From positions 9,785,625 to 9,849,624 of the forward strand of contig CM082579.2 in assembly GCA_040954595.2 (NCBI GenBank): a stretch of DNA of 64,000 nt, given 5' to 3'. Position 1 is the stretch's first letter; each line of letters begins with the position of its first letter. This stretch comes from Balanoglossus misakiensis (taxonomy: Eukaryota; Animalia; Hemichordata). A model generated the notes under the pieces. The model was given only the letters and a program-made list of their open reading frames with translations. It ran no database searches and was not told where the DNA came from. Of the stretch, positions 42,168-56,600 are shown one piece after another. The position numbers and the translations under genes are program-made.

Positions 42168-44538
42168 TATATTATTATTATTTTATTACAAATATACGGT
42201 CACAATATCATGTGTACAAACATCATAAACCATGCATATCCATTCATGGTTTTCGTTAATTGATGTCGTGTGTAACCACTATGCAATTTTATCATTTATG
42301 ACGAGAACAACTAGCAGGGTTAAATGATGAAGTATAGTAAACTTCATTAAACTGTTACAGATAAATGCCAATTTACGAATTTTGTCATTTTCATGTAAAG
42401 TTTAGTGAAATAGAAACCTTCATCCTTCTACAGGCGGTATGCTAATTGCATCAGGATCGGTTGAATGTTTAAATGGATTTAGTCAGGATGACCCGAACAA
42501 GGGAATGCACGATTGTATAGAAAGTGATGAGTTCGACGGCACAAGTCTTCAAAATGGGGACAGGTATGTCAAGCATAGTGTTTATCAGAATACGAATCGA
42601 GTATGTTCACTTTGCGCAACTACATGCCTTTCCTGAATGAACAGTACAGACACGCTATAGGCCATTTTAGAATGTTTAGGAAATGCATTAATGTTATTAA
42701 GGCGACAATATGTAATTGATTTATCCCATATTATGTCCCAAAGCCGATACATCATGAAGAACAATAAGCCCACAACCACTTGAATGCATAACGTAATTTT
42801 CACTATACAATTTATTCCAGGCTTGTAGTTAAAGCACGGGCAAAAAATGGTGGATTCATCGACATCGAAGACAAAGACAAAGCATCAAACTTTTTTGACG
42901 TTAGGTATTACTACAAAGGAACGCAGATTGAAAAGACAGCCGAGTTCATCGCTGATCTCGTTGAACCGTTTCATTGTTCCATTTCAACATCATGTGTGGA
43001 TAGCCTACTTGATATCGAAAATGTCTACACAAACGACGTGAGTGTTATTATATATTATGTGTGGTTATAACTTACCAATTGCATAGGATAGCATAACATT
43101 AATGGTTGGGTCTTTTATTTTACCATTCGAACTTTTCTCCAACTGCTAGAGTAAAAATTATCAATCATCGTGTGATGCAGACTGTCACTGACAATATTAT
43201 ATTTATTTCGCAAAATACATTAAATCATTTTCTTACAGCGTGTAGAGTAGTGTAGTGCAGTATACTGTATGTAGGACAGCGCTAGACAGAAATGTGCAAA
43301 ACTGCAGTAGTGTGCCGTGTTCTACTGCGCTGTTAACTATCTACATGTACTTAACTATTACAGGGAAATATTACAGTGACGTGGTCTGGATGGCAGGATG
43401 ACGTGTCAGGAATCAACCAATATGAATGGAATGTGATCAAGTTGATAAGTCAAGGCGAGGAGCTCGACTATTCCAGTAGTGCTGAAGACAGTGGCATTGG
43501 GAACTCAACATCAACTGGCTTTACTACAACGCTTACAGAACCAGGTTAGACATTTCATGGTTTTCAAGATTTGTCAATGCTTGTAATAGCAATGAAACCC
43601 ATTAGGTATGTCCAGAGAATCCAGGTCAAACCGAACACGCAGAAATTATTATGTTTCATGACCGTGCCATGTTTGGTAGTATCTTTGGACGTTGATATAA
43701 CTATTGTGAGTTCTCAAAATAGCTGTTAATGATGAGCGGGAGAAAGATATATTAATTTATAATATACCTCATGCTAATACTGTGTCGTGATTCGCCAGAA
43801 TCCGTCACGTGATAGGAAAATAGAATCGACTATGAATTCCTAGAGAAATAGTAGAAAAAATATAAACCGGTCACGTGACCAACGTGAGTTCACAGACTCG
43901 GGTCACGTCAATCAGCATCGCGAGTTAGCATGAGGTTTATCATACACCTATGGCCTGGCCTATATTCGGGCCATAGCAGCCGTTTTCACCCCTCTCGTGA
44001 CTGTGAGTTACCAGAATCATATGCTATTTCCATCAGCCTAAGGCCTCGGGAAATACCTTGTGATTCTGGTAACTCACAGCCATTTATGGCCGTGCAATTG
44101 GTGTTCAGTATTGATTTATATACACGTACCGGACACGTTTCGTATTATTGAAAATCCGTTGTTGGTTTCTACTGTAAAGAAGTAGAACCATTCACCCATT
44201 CCACACGTTCTGACTTGTCTTTATAAACAAATTGTATTTATTGCATGTCTCAAACACATTATGACTCTGTCTTTCCCTGCAAAAATTGCCAGGTGTCTAC
44301 TGTGTGCTGCTGACAGTTGACGATTTTGTTGGAAATTATCAAATGGCGAGAAGGTTTGTCACTTTTGATGACCGGTTTGTCGTCGAAGTCAACGCAAATG
44401 GCCAAAGTGAAATTTCAGTTACTGGTATTACTACAAATCCAAGTACAGGAGATATCTGGGTCACTAATTTGCAAGACTTAAATGGTGTAGGAGAAAATGT
44501 AAGGCATATTTGAAATTCCTGTATGTATGTATGTATGT

Positions 44539-44630
<92 letters not shown>

Positions 44631-47600
44631 ATGTATGTATGTATGTATGTATGTATGTATGTATGTATGTATGTATGTATGTATGTATGTATGTATGTAT
44701 GTACATGTATGTATGTGACTGTGTGTGTATGTGTGTGTGCGTGCGTGCGTGCGTGTGTGTGTGTGTGTGCGTGCGTGTGTATGTGTATTGATGGATGGAT
44801 GTGTATGTGTCACACCATGAATTATGTACTCACCATGAAAGACATACCGCCATTCATTTCAGATACATGTGGCATGGGAAGAGTATTTTTCCAACAAACA
44901 CCATGACCTGAATAATTTTTTGGCTGAGATATCACCACATATGCCCCCTATTGCCGATCCTTATGAAGAGAAAGAAGGCCAGCCGCCAACAACACGCTCG
45001 TTACAGGCAATCCCACAAATCAATGGCGTCGTAAAAACCTTGACTACATTTTCCGTCGATCGTGATGGCGGCAAATCTATCGAAGAACCTCCTGAACATC
45101 ACCTCTGGGAAGATGTACCTGGTTTTCCGGTGAGTCCAAAATAACTTCACTTGGCTTTGTTCTGTGATTTGTGGATTGTCCGTGCTGTATCATGTTGTGA
45201 CTGTCTTTGAAACTGGACGTATACACACTGTGTATTTGACCTATAAACTGTAGATATGGATGGAAAATTTTGATATTTAGCCTAACAAGATGACTTTGTG
45301 TTCCTATACTCTAGGAACTATTAAAGCGTTTTATTTGAAACATGTGTTAGTCAAAACTTTCATATGAAACAAAAAGTACTTTTGAATATACTATTAAGGA
45401 AGAGATCTTATCCTATGTCTGCAATCTTACAAACAGCTTCGAGAGAGTGTTTTCTGACGAAATGCATACCGTTTAAGTAAAAGCTTCACTATGTTGATCT
45501 GTTCATCTTACTTCGGGTTCGCCTTTTGCTGCAGGCAGTATCTTTCACTGTCGTGTCAGTACAGATTTGACCATTTTTGTATTTATTGACATTTCTTATT
45601 CGTGCCTTGCCATTCTCCCAGTTAGGAAACTGTTTCTGAATATGTCCCAACAGCTAAGTGCAATCTAAGTATACTTAAAAGCCAATTCTGCTGACTGTGA
45701 TGAAAGTTTGCACACATCTAATGAATTCTGACGTATAGAATCGGCATACATTGAGGTTTTGGCATAATGTTTCTCAGAGTGAAGTTGGAGTTATTTAATC
45801 ATGAAGCGTTACTTTCACAGCTGTAACTTCGAAGCCGCTTAATCTTGAACGGAAAGACAAAAAGAGGTTTAAGTTCTGACCGTGGACGACAGGCTTGGGC
45901 TTAAGTGTAGGTCCAATGTAATTTATGTACTATTTGCTATCAACTTGCAGACAGAATCTCAGTCCTTTGACATAGAACGAGAAGATGGTGATTCTATACG
46001 AATATGGATAAAATCTTTTGATGTTATCAACAATACTGCAATGGACGATATTCTCGTTCACGTGGATTCATCGCCTCCTGTTTTGGCTGATCTCTGGCTT
46101 TCAAAAGATGGAGTCGAACAACTGGCTGTCCACAACTCGGAAGAACTTTACGAAATGAAGTAAGACAAAAATGATACAATACATTGAATGTAGTTTACTA
46201 TGATTCGTTTTTAGATTTGTCCTACATGGGTGAATGCCTGTATGTGTCATTGTGGGAGTAGGACATGTGGTGATCACGCCATGCAGTTACTTATAGGCAT
46301 ATATTACTAGTTATACATCTAATTACATGTATATAACTCCCATCCGGAAATAAAGTACACCATAAGATTGAATTCGATACTGTTCTGTTTTGTTTTGTTT
46401 CGTTTGTTGTTGTTGTTGTTGTTGTGTTGTATCGTGTTGTGTTACCTTTATTTTCACGACCTTTTCTTGTCTTGCCTCTCCCACAGTATAACATTTACCG
46501 CGTACGATCAGCATAGCGGTTTGTTTACTATGCAGTGGAAAATACATGACATGGAAAACAGCTCACTCATATTCGGAGATGGTTCGATACCCGTTGTGAA
46601 GCTCGAGGTAAAAACTTTAATTGGCTCGATATTTCAGTCTATGACTCTTGAAATACATTGTTATATTTTAGAATTATTTGGATAATGTATATTCTTGTTT
46701 ATAAAAATCTTAAGGAATGGGTCTGCAGGACTAATTTTGTCATGTGTTTCCCCTAGAGGATCGATTATCCAATACAAGCTTTTTTTCAATAACCATAATT
46801 TATATGATTTCTTAAGACAATTTTAGTGTACGTTTTCGTAAACATTTTAGGTTGGCACCTTTTAAAAACAGGTGGGGGGAAATGTTGAATAAGTTGACCT
46901 TTTATGGTTGTACCATAGATGGTGGAAAGTCTCTTTCCACTATCTATGGTTGTATCTGTATAATCAGAGTAGCTTTATAAAGTGAGCGTGTAGACCTAAT
47001 GTGTACACAAAAGATAATACATACACAAGCAGTGGAGGCCTCTGCCACCTTAGTCAACTTTTCCCATGATTCAACTTATAGTAGAATTAGGAAAGCGCCG
47101 ATTAGAGGGTGATCGCACAACTTATTGTTGTTGGAAATGACTCGTACTGGCAAACCGTTTGCATGTCTTGGGATATGCTTTATGCCTTGGTTCCAAGCTA
47201 AACTAAGGAATATATGATTTCATCTGGGATAATCACATATCTGTTACCATTTGCAGGAATATTTTTAACTGTGAGCTTTAACTAATAAATCTTATTGTAC
47301 CGTGTGTCATTTGTTCTATTGCAGCCACAAAACTGTTCAGCACCCAGCTGTATATGTATTCCGAAAGGAGAATGTTACTTAACTGAATACACTATTGACT
47401 TAGATGCAAGTAACTTCGAAATTCCAAGTGGTACCCATGACCACGACTATATCATCACGGTTACAGTGGAAAATAGTCCTTTGATGTCAGTAAGCAAGGA
47501 ACTTCAGGTATTTGGATTTTTGCATACATTTTGTCTTGATCTCTATGAAAACAACAACTCATTACACTTACAATTTATCGCATGACTTGGATCATTGGAG

Positions 47601-50600
47601 CATTTATGTCATGGTATACTTTAATGAAAATATCCTCCATTTTACATTCATGTGTTAACTCCTCTACTTTCTTTTTGTCAACGTCAAGGTTACCATTGAC
47701 ACCAGTCCGCCAGAGACAGGTTACGTTCATGAAGGATTTCAAGGCCAACCTGACATAGACTATCAGCAAGATCTGACCATTCATGCATGGTGGGAAGGTT
47801 TCTTTGACAGGGAGAGTGGCATATTGATGTATGTGTATGTCTTTGGAGAAGAATGCTTTGATAATGTCAGCCGCATTACCTTCCCAACAACACATCCTGT
47901 AAGTATTATTGTTGCGTTCCTTAAACGTAAACAGTGTCTGATTTATGATTTTATTCATTTCGGGTTTTACAACTTTTTATAAGTTTGTAATTTCAGTTTT
48001 TATACGACCAACAACAGCAACAGCAATATATACCTGTATATATACAGAAAATTAGAGGCACTTTTTTGAATGATGTTCATTGCAAGAACGTCAAACAGAA
48101 AGCATATGTTCATTCGCTGTTAACCCCGGGAAAATCGGTTTAAAAAATCTACGAAAATACATATAACATATAAACAATGCTTGTGTTTAGAATCAGATTT
48201 GCCAAAATCTGAATTTTTAAAACGAAATTATGAATTTTTGGTTGTTTTATTTGGACTTCGTTATATGACAGAAAACTCTAATGTCTGTAAGTGTCGGTTT
48301 TGTATATATCATCGTTTCTTTTGTTTTTCACAGATTATAAACGCTACCACCACACACGCAAGTTGGACTGCTCCATACCCAGGAACCTACCACTGCACAG
48401 TCATAGCCTACAACCAAGCCCTTGATCCATCGGACCCAGTTTGTTCAGATGGCATAACCATTGACGTCACAGAACCTCACCTTGAGGAGATCGATATTGC
48501 AAATCTTCGAACGCATGGAGGAGCTGTTCAAGATGACAACCAAACAGTCTGGCTGATTGATGAAAACGGTTTTCGATGTGAAGTGATAAATCCTTCTTAT
48601 GCGTGCAGGTATTATACATGTCTAAATGCTTCCCTCTATACTTAAAACTCCTATAGTACCAATACAAGGTTAAATAAACAACATTTACAGTTACATACGC
48701 AAGGCGAGCTGTGTCCGTTGACAAAAAAAGATATATATCATAGAGTGGGTCATATGTATCCTGATTCCTTACCAAGTCGCTATGTACAGTAATATGACAT
48801 CATATAAGCACAATTATTATACATTTGGCATCGAGAACAATGGAATTTGGCGTGTATAGCTCACCGTGTATATGTATATGTACAGTAATGAAAGAAAGTT
48901 ATTGCGAAGGACGTATGCAACACAGTCAGTTTTGATCACACGCATATTCGAGTTATTGTTATCGTTCGTTTGATTCAAGGAATACTGCTCGCATTGTTGA
49001 GGATGTGACATCATGGCCCATATTGAGAAATACTGATGGTACGCCTATCAATCAAAGTTGCGGTGATAAGGAATGCCTTAGCGTTGGGCCCTATCCTGGT
49101 TACGACTACCTTGTAAATGAAAACATGGTATGTATGTCAAGACTTTGATTCCGTTAGAGGTATTTCCCCTGGGTGACATTTAAGGGAAATTTCAATCAAA
49201 AAGTTTCCAACGTCCTTGCAATCAAAGCAAAGGGGCACATTCTCACCAATGTATGTGTAAAATTCGAATACATGTACATGTTTTTGTAAAACCGTGTTAT
49301 AGTTGACCACACACATGGTATCGAAGAATATGCTACACTTGTACATAGTCATTTCAACCACGTGCAATGTACACAACGCCATACATACATTAATTGAAAT
49401 TTATTAATGCAATTATATTTTCAGCTAGCTGTTTCGTGGAAAGGTGCAGACAATGAAAGTGGAATTTACAACTATATGGTTGGTCTAAGTAGCACAAATC
49501 AAGGGTTAGACACCGATATCCTACCAATGACGTCAACGCACTCTCATCCAAGATTTCTTACATACCACCCGAATCTCGGTGAAGGTCTGGTCTTTCACGT
49601 CGTTATCCAGTCAATTAACAGAGCACAGATAACAACAACAAAGGTTTGTGAAATAATATTTACGTCTGCAAATTCATGAAGCCCAGTTGGAATATCGCGA
49701 TTACATACATTTGTCGCGCAGCGGGTGTTTCCGGAAAGTGAAATGATCTTACGATACAGACGTTTAAAGCCTTGATCTTAGTGTTGGTTGGTGGGAGGGG
49801 TTTGGCATTCTGCTTCCGCAAATGCGTTATCTTCATTATGCCTCATCATTAGCCATCGGCCGAAATATGGAAATAAATAACGTTTTTATGTCAGTTGGTT
49901 CAAGGCCTTTGTCTTAATTTAAAGTGTTCAATTCTGATTCTTTGGAATGTGATTCAGGTTTTCGTTTGAAAAAAAAATATATTACTACTATAAACCATAG
50001 TAGTATGTGTTTTGAAAATTGTTTCATGGATTCTTCATAAAATAAAATTAGTTTTTGTCAATGCTGTTTGAAATACGGTCTGCAAGAGTTGGTGAATTCA
50101 TTTACCTTAGATAAAATGAAATCGAATGATAACAGATGTTGCATTTATGTGTTCTCTAGGTCGTTGGTCCCATTATTGTTGAGGTGACTCCTCCAGAATT
50201 TATTGGAACAATTGTAGTCGAACATGAAAAGTATGGCGGTCAAGAGTATCTTCTGGCAAGATGGCAGGATGATGATTTCTTCGAGAAAGATGACCCAGAA
50301 CCACTGTCAGACTACAAAGTTGCAGTCGGTAAGCTACTATAATTAATAAGAACATGAAAATAGTCTAAAAACTTCAGGCAAAGTAACTAACAAATTCATT
50401 CAAACGAATCCAAATTTGAAAGGACACACGAGTCAGCATACAATATTGTGTATAATAACTCATTCCAGCTAAACATTGTGCAATTTTACTTTAACAGGTT
50501 TCACGCCATACGGTACCCAGCTGTTAGACTTTACACCTTTTGATGAGTTTGATAATGCAACGTGCAACGAAAACGAGCAACCATCCTGTATTGCCATAGC

Positions 50601-53600
50601 AACAGATCTCCTGGATTGGGATCTGCATGGTGATCATATTTACTATGTGTCAATCAAAGTCACAAATGCTGCCGGTTTAAGTGTCACTGCTACGTCAGAA
50701 CCTTACAGACACGTGACTGCTCTGCCATCGGTTGGTGTTGTTCTAGATACTGTGGATCCACAGACGACAAAGAATTCTCTTTGGGTGAGTTGCTATTTAA
50801 CACGCATGTGCACGCATTTTTAAAGTTCATTTTCATTTCTGCTTCCTTAGCGGACAAATGTGTGTAAATTCCATATTACTGTCACCAATAAATTCGTTTC
50901 AGCTGGAACAAGGAAACGTAATTCACGTGAAATACGTTATTACTATTGCAGGAACTGCCAGACATAGATTTCCAGTCGGAGTCATCGGCGCTACATTCAC
51001 GATGGTCTGGTTTTGAACATCCGTATCAAGAAATTACGTATGAATTTGCAATAGGCACGACACCTGGAGATGAAGATATCATAGAATTCACAGATGTTGG
51101 TGTCCAAAAACAGCATTCTGTTTATGGATTGATGTTGGAGTCCTATCAGGTATTTCACCATTAGTTTTCATTTGTCTTTGCGTAATTTCAACGAGTGCCT
51201 TAGGCTGCAACCAGCGGGGAGAATGTTTGTAGCACTATGTATATTCAAGTGTATAAGCGCATGACCTACTTTTGAAATTATCACCACTAGTCTGCATGTT
51301 TAATATGTTGATTTCTGTTCTAAGGCAGATTGTTTATTCCTTCTTCTAAATTTTGATCACTTGATGCTCAGCCAAACCATTTTTTTTCTTCAAAACTAGA
51401 TATATTTTGTTACCGTGAGAGCAACCTCTGCTTCCGGAAGTGTGACTGCCAGCTCAGATGGTGTCACCGTTATGGCAGACGATGATGTTATCGAAGGTGC
51501 TGTAGTTTTTGATGGCGTAGGATGCCAAAGCAAGGGTGAGCACACGAATTTTACCATACTCACAAACTACATGACAAAGGAAAAGTCTGTTACCTCAAAC
51601 ACGAGTTTTTGATACACTTTCCCCTTTTAGTACGCCACAAACTCGTATTTTCAGAATGCTAATTCTAAGAATGTCACTGTCTCGCTTCTTATTTTAGAAA
51701 ACGTTGACAAGAGGTTGAATTATACACATCATGAATATTCCAGTCGATCAGAATGTAATGATGACAAAGATTACCAAGCTTCTACGTCAACAATTATGGC
51801 TTACTGGTTGTTACCCAATGAAACTATGGGATACGTCACTTTTATCGAAGTTGGTGTCGAAAGAGAAGCTTCGGAAAACGGGTGTGTGTTTGAAAGGTTA
51901 TTTTGTGATAATACCTGATAAAGAAACACCATATTACTCTACTGGAGTCAATGGAACTGCATAAACATTTTGCAACTGCTTAAATATTCAATATCCTACC
52001 ACAAAGTGGTATCTATCATGTTATTGCCATACTATGGTTTCGATCATTACAGTTCAACATGGAGCCTGGTCCGGCAGTATGAACGCATGCATGTTAACAA
52101 GTACATTCAGTTGCCTGGAGAAAATCTCATTCCCGGCGACCACTACAGAACAGTTATCAAGTTTTGTTATCCAGACGGGTGCTTTCAACCAGTCCCCAGT
52201 GATGGTTTCTGGGTAACTCCATATCCGCCCTTTTCAGAAGGAATTGCAAACATCAAGTACAACGGGTAAGTTAAGCCAACTGAAACTCTCAACTCGTATT
52301 TGTATATCTTTACTAATATTACGACAGCGGCGGTGACGACGAGCGCCACCAATGCTTATACAAGTGCGGTCGTGCATGAATACTTTCAAATTTATGCAGA
52401 AATGGTAAACACAGTTTAGATTATTTGAACTCGATGTAATCACAATTAAATATGAGTTAATAATTGCGTTTATTTAAAAGGGAGGTAAGCTTAATGATTT
52501 ATTATCGCTGCAAGAAGAGGTTTGTTCTCACATAACATGATTATTTATAACATGTAATTTCTGTTATCGAACTTTGGATCAATGATCGCATCAAACAACA
52601 AAATTATTATCGTCTACTGAAGTTCTACAGAATTGGAATTCACTTGGACTGAATTTGTGAACACGGAAGTATCCGAAAAGCTGGCAAGTGCGGAATATAT
52701 GGATTACCACGAATGGAATATCGCTGTCAACATGGATTCACGAACACACGGTGACTTCTTGTATAAATGGAGACAAGTGATTGATCCACTATATGATGGC
52801 AAAATGGTAGGCACTTCCTGGCTCACCATTTCTTACTTTTTTGTGTTGTGTTCGGTTTGATCATGAGATAGACTTCTCTGTCAGGCATTACTTGGTAATA
52901 TATGCATTGTATAAGAAGGACAAGTGCGACATTGGAAAAATGAGTGTATCATTTGGCGACAATTAAAACAATGATAATACAAATGTATTCATATGCAGCT
53001 CATGCATACCTTGATACAAATCCAGTGCACCTTGTAATACAGCAATTACAATTATTGGCGTTTCATTGCAGCTCACATACACAGCTGTCCTGGAAGATAA
53101 ACTCGTCTTCTCCGAGTGTCTGTATCTCGCTATACGTGGTCACAACAAAGCTGGTTTATATTCAACAATCTACAAGCAGATATACGACTGCGAATCGATC
53201 TATCCTCGTTATGTTGTTCCAAATACGATAGTGGATAGTGTTGGCGAGATTGATGAACACGGAGACGTAGTGTAAGTTAAGTTATATACAGATAATAGTT
53301 CAACAGAGATAACTTAAACTACATCATCTACTTAACTATTTCCACTTTTCTTTTACGAATATTGAACACGAATTAAGGTTTACTAGAACCGAACTAAGGT
53401 GTGAAAAAGTAGCTACGTCAAGGTAACTTAGTGACTACAATTATTTTCTGATTTTAGACAACATTTATTATCTTTCTATCAACATTCATTGGTAGGGATA
53501 CTTACCTGGAGCTGAATGCTAGGTGGCTTTATCCGGATGCTGAATACACGCCCTCACACGACAAGCTCTCGGCTGTTTGGCCAACTCTGCGCTGTCGTAA

Positions 53601-56600
53601 ATACGACTGGAAGGTTGTATCCGATGAAGCAATTGAACGATGGGCATACACGGAACCACATGAAGCACTGGATTTCGAAACGTATGGATGCAATGCGCCA
53701 GAAGTACTTGCATGTGGATCAACAGAGGTGAATATTTGATCATGATTGAATGTAATTCGGAAATATGCTAATTAAATCCTATCCAATGGTGATCGCCTGC
53801 TGACCTTTTACTCTATGATATGTGAAACTTACCCTAAGTGGGTGGTTTGCCTCTAGGTGTTGACATGCAATTTAACCTTACAGTTCGTGCATGAGCTGAA
53901 GTTTGCGTTTTTCTGGTGTCACCAATCCAGTCCTAAAACATCATCTCAGACGCTTTTTGGTATAATTCCTTCATCAGTGTATATGTTCATATGGAACACT
54001 TAAAATATATTAATAACACAAGCCTATTGTCCCTGAAAGTGAAAGTAATACAAACATATCCTTTCATTTTGCACAATAAAAAGTTGCCATTGCATATACA
54101 CATTCGTAAAACCCTTTCTTTGCAGCTGCAGTACAATGTGGGAAATATCTCCAATGTTTTCTATAATAGACTTTAACCTATGGTACACGTTACACGTCAT
54201 ATTTAAGCATATTTGATAGAAAGAAAAAAATAAACTGAATATTTGTTTCGTTAACAGGATAATTTCATAAATGTTCCCAACCTAGACCTTAGACATGGGC
54301 AACGATACTACATTTGCATATATGGAAATGAGAGTCGCATGAACAACGAAGTCTTTGATGACTATTTGGGAGAGATATCAGAATGTTCTGACGGGGTTAC
54401 TGTCGATTGGACAGCGCCAACTGCTGGCAAAGTTTGGATAGGGTGGCCGGGAATGCAATACCAGGTAATCGTAGAATGTGTCCGTTGGCATAATGCAACT
54501 TGATTTTGTTAACGTTATTGTATGCGAATGCATGTTTTCGTACATGTAATTTGTTTGGCGTATCGTCTTGTAGACATCAACATCACATCTTCTAATCAAC
54601 TGGGGAAGTTTTACTGATGTCGAGGAATCCGGACAGACGTCGCATTACAGTGGGATACGAAATTACGAAGTTGCAGTGGGTACGTCCCTTCACTTTCCCC
54701 ATACGGAATGATTATTTTCAGATTTCTATTTCTGTGGAATGATCAGGTGACACTTATTACTTGCTATTGTTCTTCTGCATCGTTGACAGGAACATATCCA
54801 GGCGGAGTGGATGTACATGCTTACGTTGATGTTGGCATCACTAACTGGGTGTTTCTGCCTGCATCTACGTTGGAAACGGGTGAAACGTTTTATGCTACCG
54901 TCAAAGGTATTGAGAATAGCCACTGTTTTCCCCCGGTAACTGTCATTTCTGTGCGAAAGTTTTTTTTATTCATAATTACGAACACTTTATATTCATTATA
55001 TCTAAAGAATAGTTCTAGAATTCAAATGACACTGGTATTTGAATGATAGTTCAATTATTTTAATCCCCAGGTATCGACTACGTCGGTTTGTCTACTGAGG
55101 TCGTATCAACTGGTGTTACCATAGACACGACACCACCTTCCATGACGGAGGCAACCATCGATGTTGGAGGCGGATATCACCAATCTACGACGACACTGAG
55201 TGCATCATGGGATCGCATATTTTATGACAAGGACAGCGGTAAATTATTTGTATTGTCATATTGCCCAACATTTTTGTGTCGTTTCGTAATATCTGTTATT
55301 GACACCAAAGGAAATGCGCTCTTCATAATGGAGTGGTTAAGAGGCGGATGTAAATCCCATGTATTGTCGATTCTATCGGTAGGCATTTCTTTCTATGAAT
55401 GGGGGATCGGTTCAAAACCTGGCGGAACTGATGTGTTTTCTTTCACAAAGACGGAAGAAGTGCAGGGTACTGCAGATGGCCTTGATTTGCAAGACGGATA
55501 TGCGTACTACGTATCAGTTAGGGTAAGTGCCTTCTATATGATTACTGAACACGGTGTTCAAGAAGAATATGCAAGTCCATACAATAATCATGGCTAGCAT
55601 TTACACAAGAATGTCTTGACAGGTATTTGTGACCGTTTGAAGGCCTGAATACATTACCCGTTGCTTTGATTTAGGCATACAATGGTGCTGGGTTGACTAC
55701 TGTGGCGACTTCATGGGGCGTGCTGATAGACTCATCACCGCCGAATGCCGGACAAGTTTATGATGGGCGATATGTCAATATGACCGGACAGAAAGACATA
55801 GATTACCAGGTTTGCTACAAGATTTGTGCGCTATCTGAAAGTGGTACTTACAACAGAAAGAAACAAGACCGACTTTATAAAAACTCTTTTATTTTTTCAA
55901 GAACAGATCACGGAAGGCAAATATGTTCGTGTTTTCCGATGTTTCACTTCAAAGAGTGTCGTCACAGCAACGCGTCACATTTAATGTGTGTTATTATAAT
56001 ACATGTATCAACTGTAAACGTTTACGTGTATTGCTGGCCAGTAGGAATATCGAACTGAGGTAACACCGTGCGAGACTCTTGTATCTCCCTTTTCGTGGGT
56101 TAAAACGAAATTGTACACCAAAGCATTTATTTCACTGTACATTTTTTTCTCTTTGTTACAGACATTTACAGATTCCATTAGTGTTTTCTGGGAAGGTTTC
56201 AACGACCCTCACACCCCAATTGTTGACTATTACTGGTCTCTTGGCACATGCCCGGGTTGTGATGACGTCATGCAAGAACAAGGAGTTGGGATAAGAACCG
56301 GTGAGACAAATAATGCAACAATGCTGCGCATGGTCAGAATGAAGCCATGACAATTGCTTGCAATTGATATACGCTTTTGTGTATAAGCCTCATAGAATAC
56401 TGATGCAACATTGTTAACAGGTCCACTAAATGAAAATAAACACGATTTAAGATTGGCTATATACTGATAGTGATTGTCCTATTTTATAATTTACTGTTAA
56501 TTATCTATTTTGAATACATAGATATTGAAGCAAACTACTTAACATTGCAAGCAGGAGTTCGATATTATTCCACTGTAACAGCATGCAATGCAGTTGGATT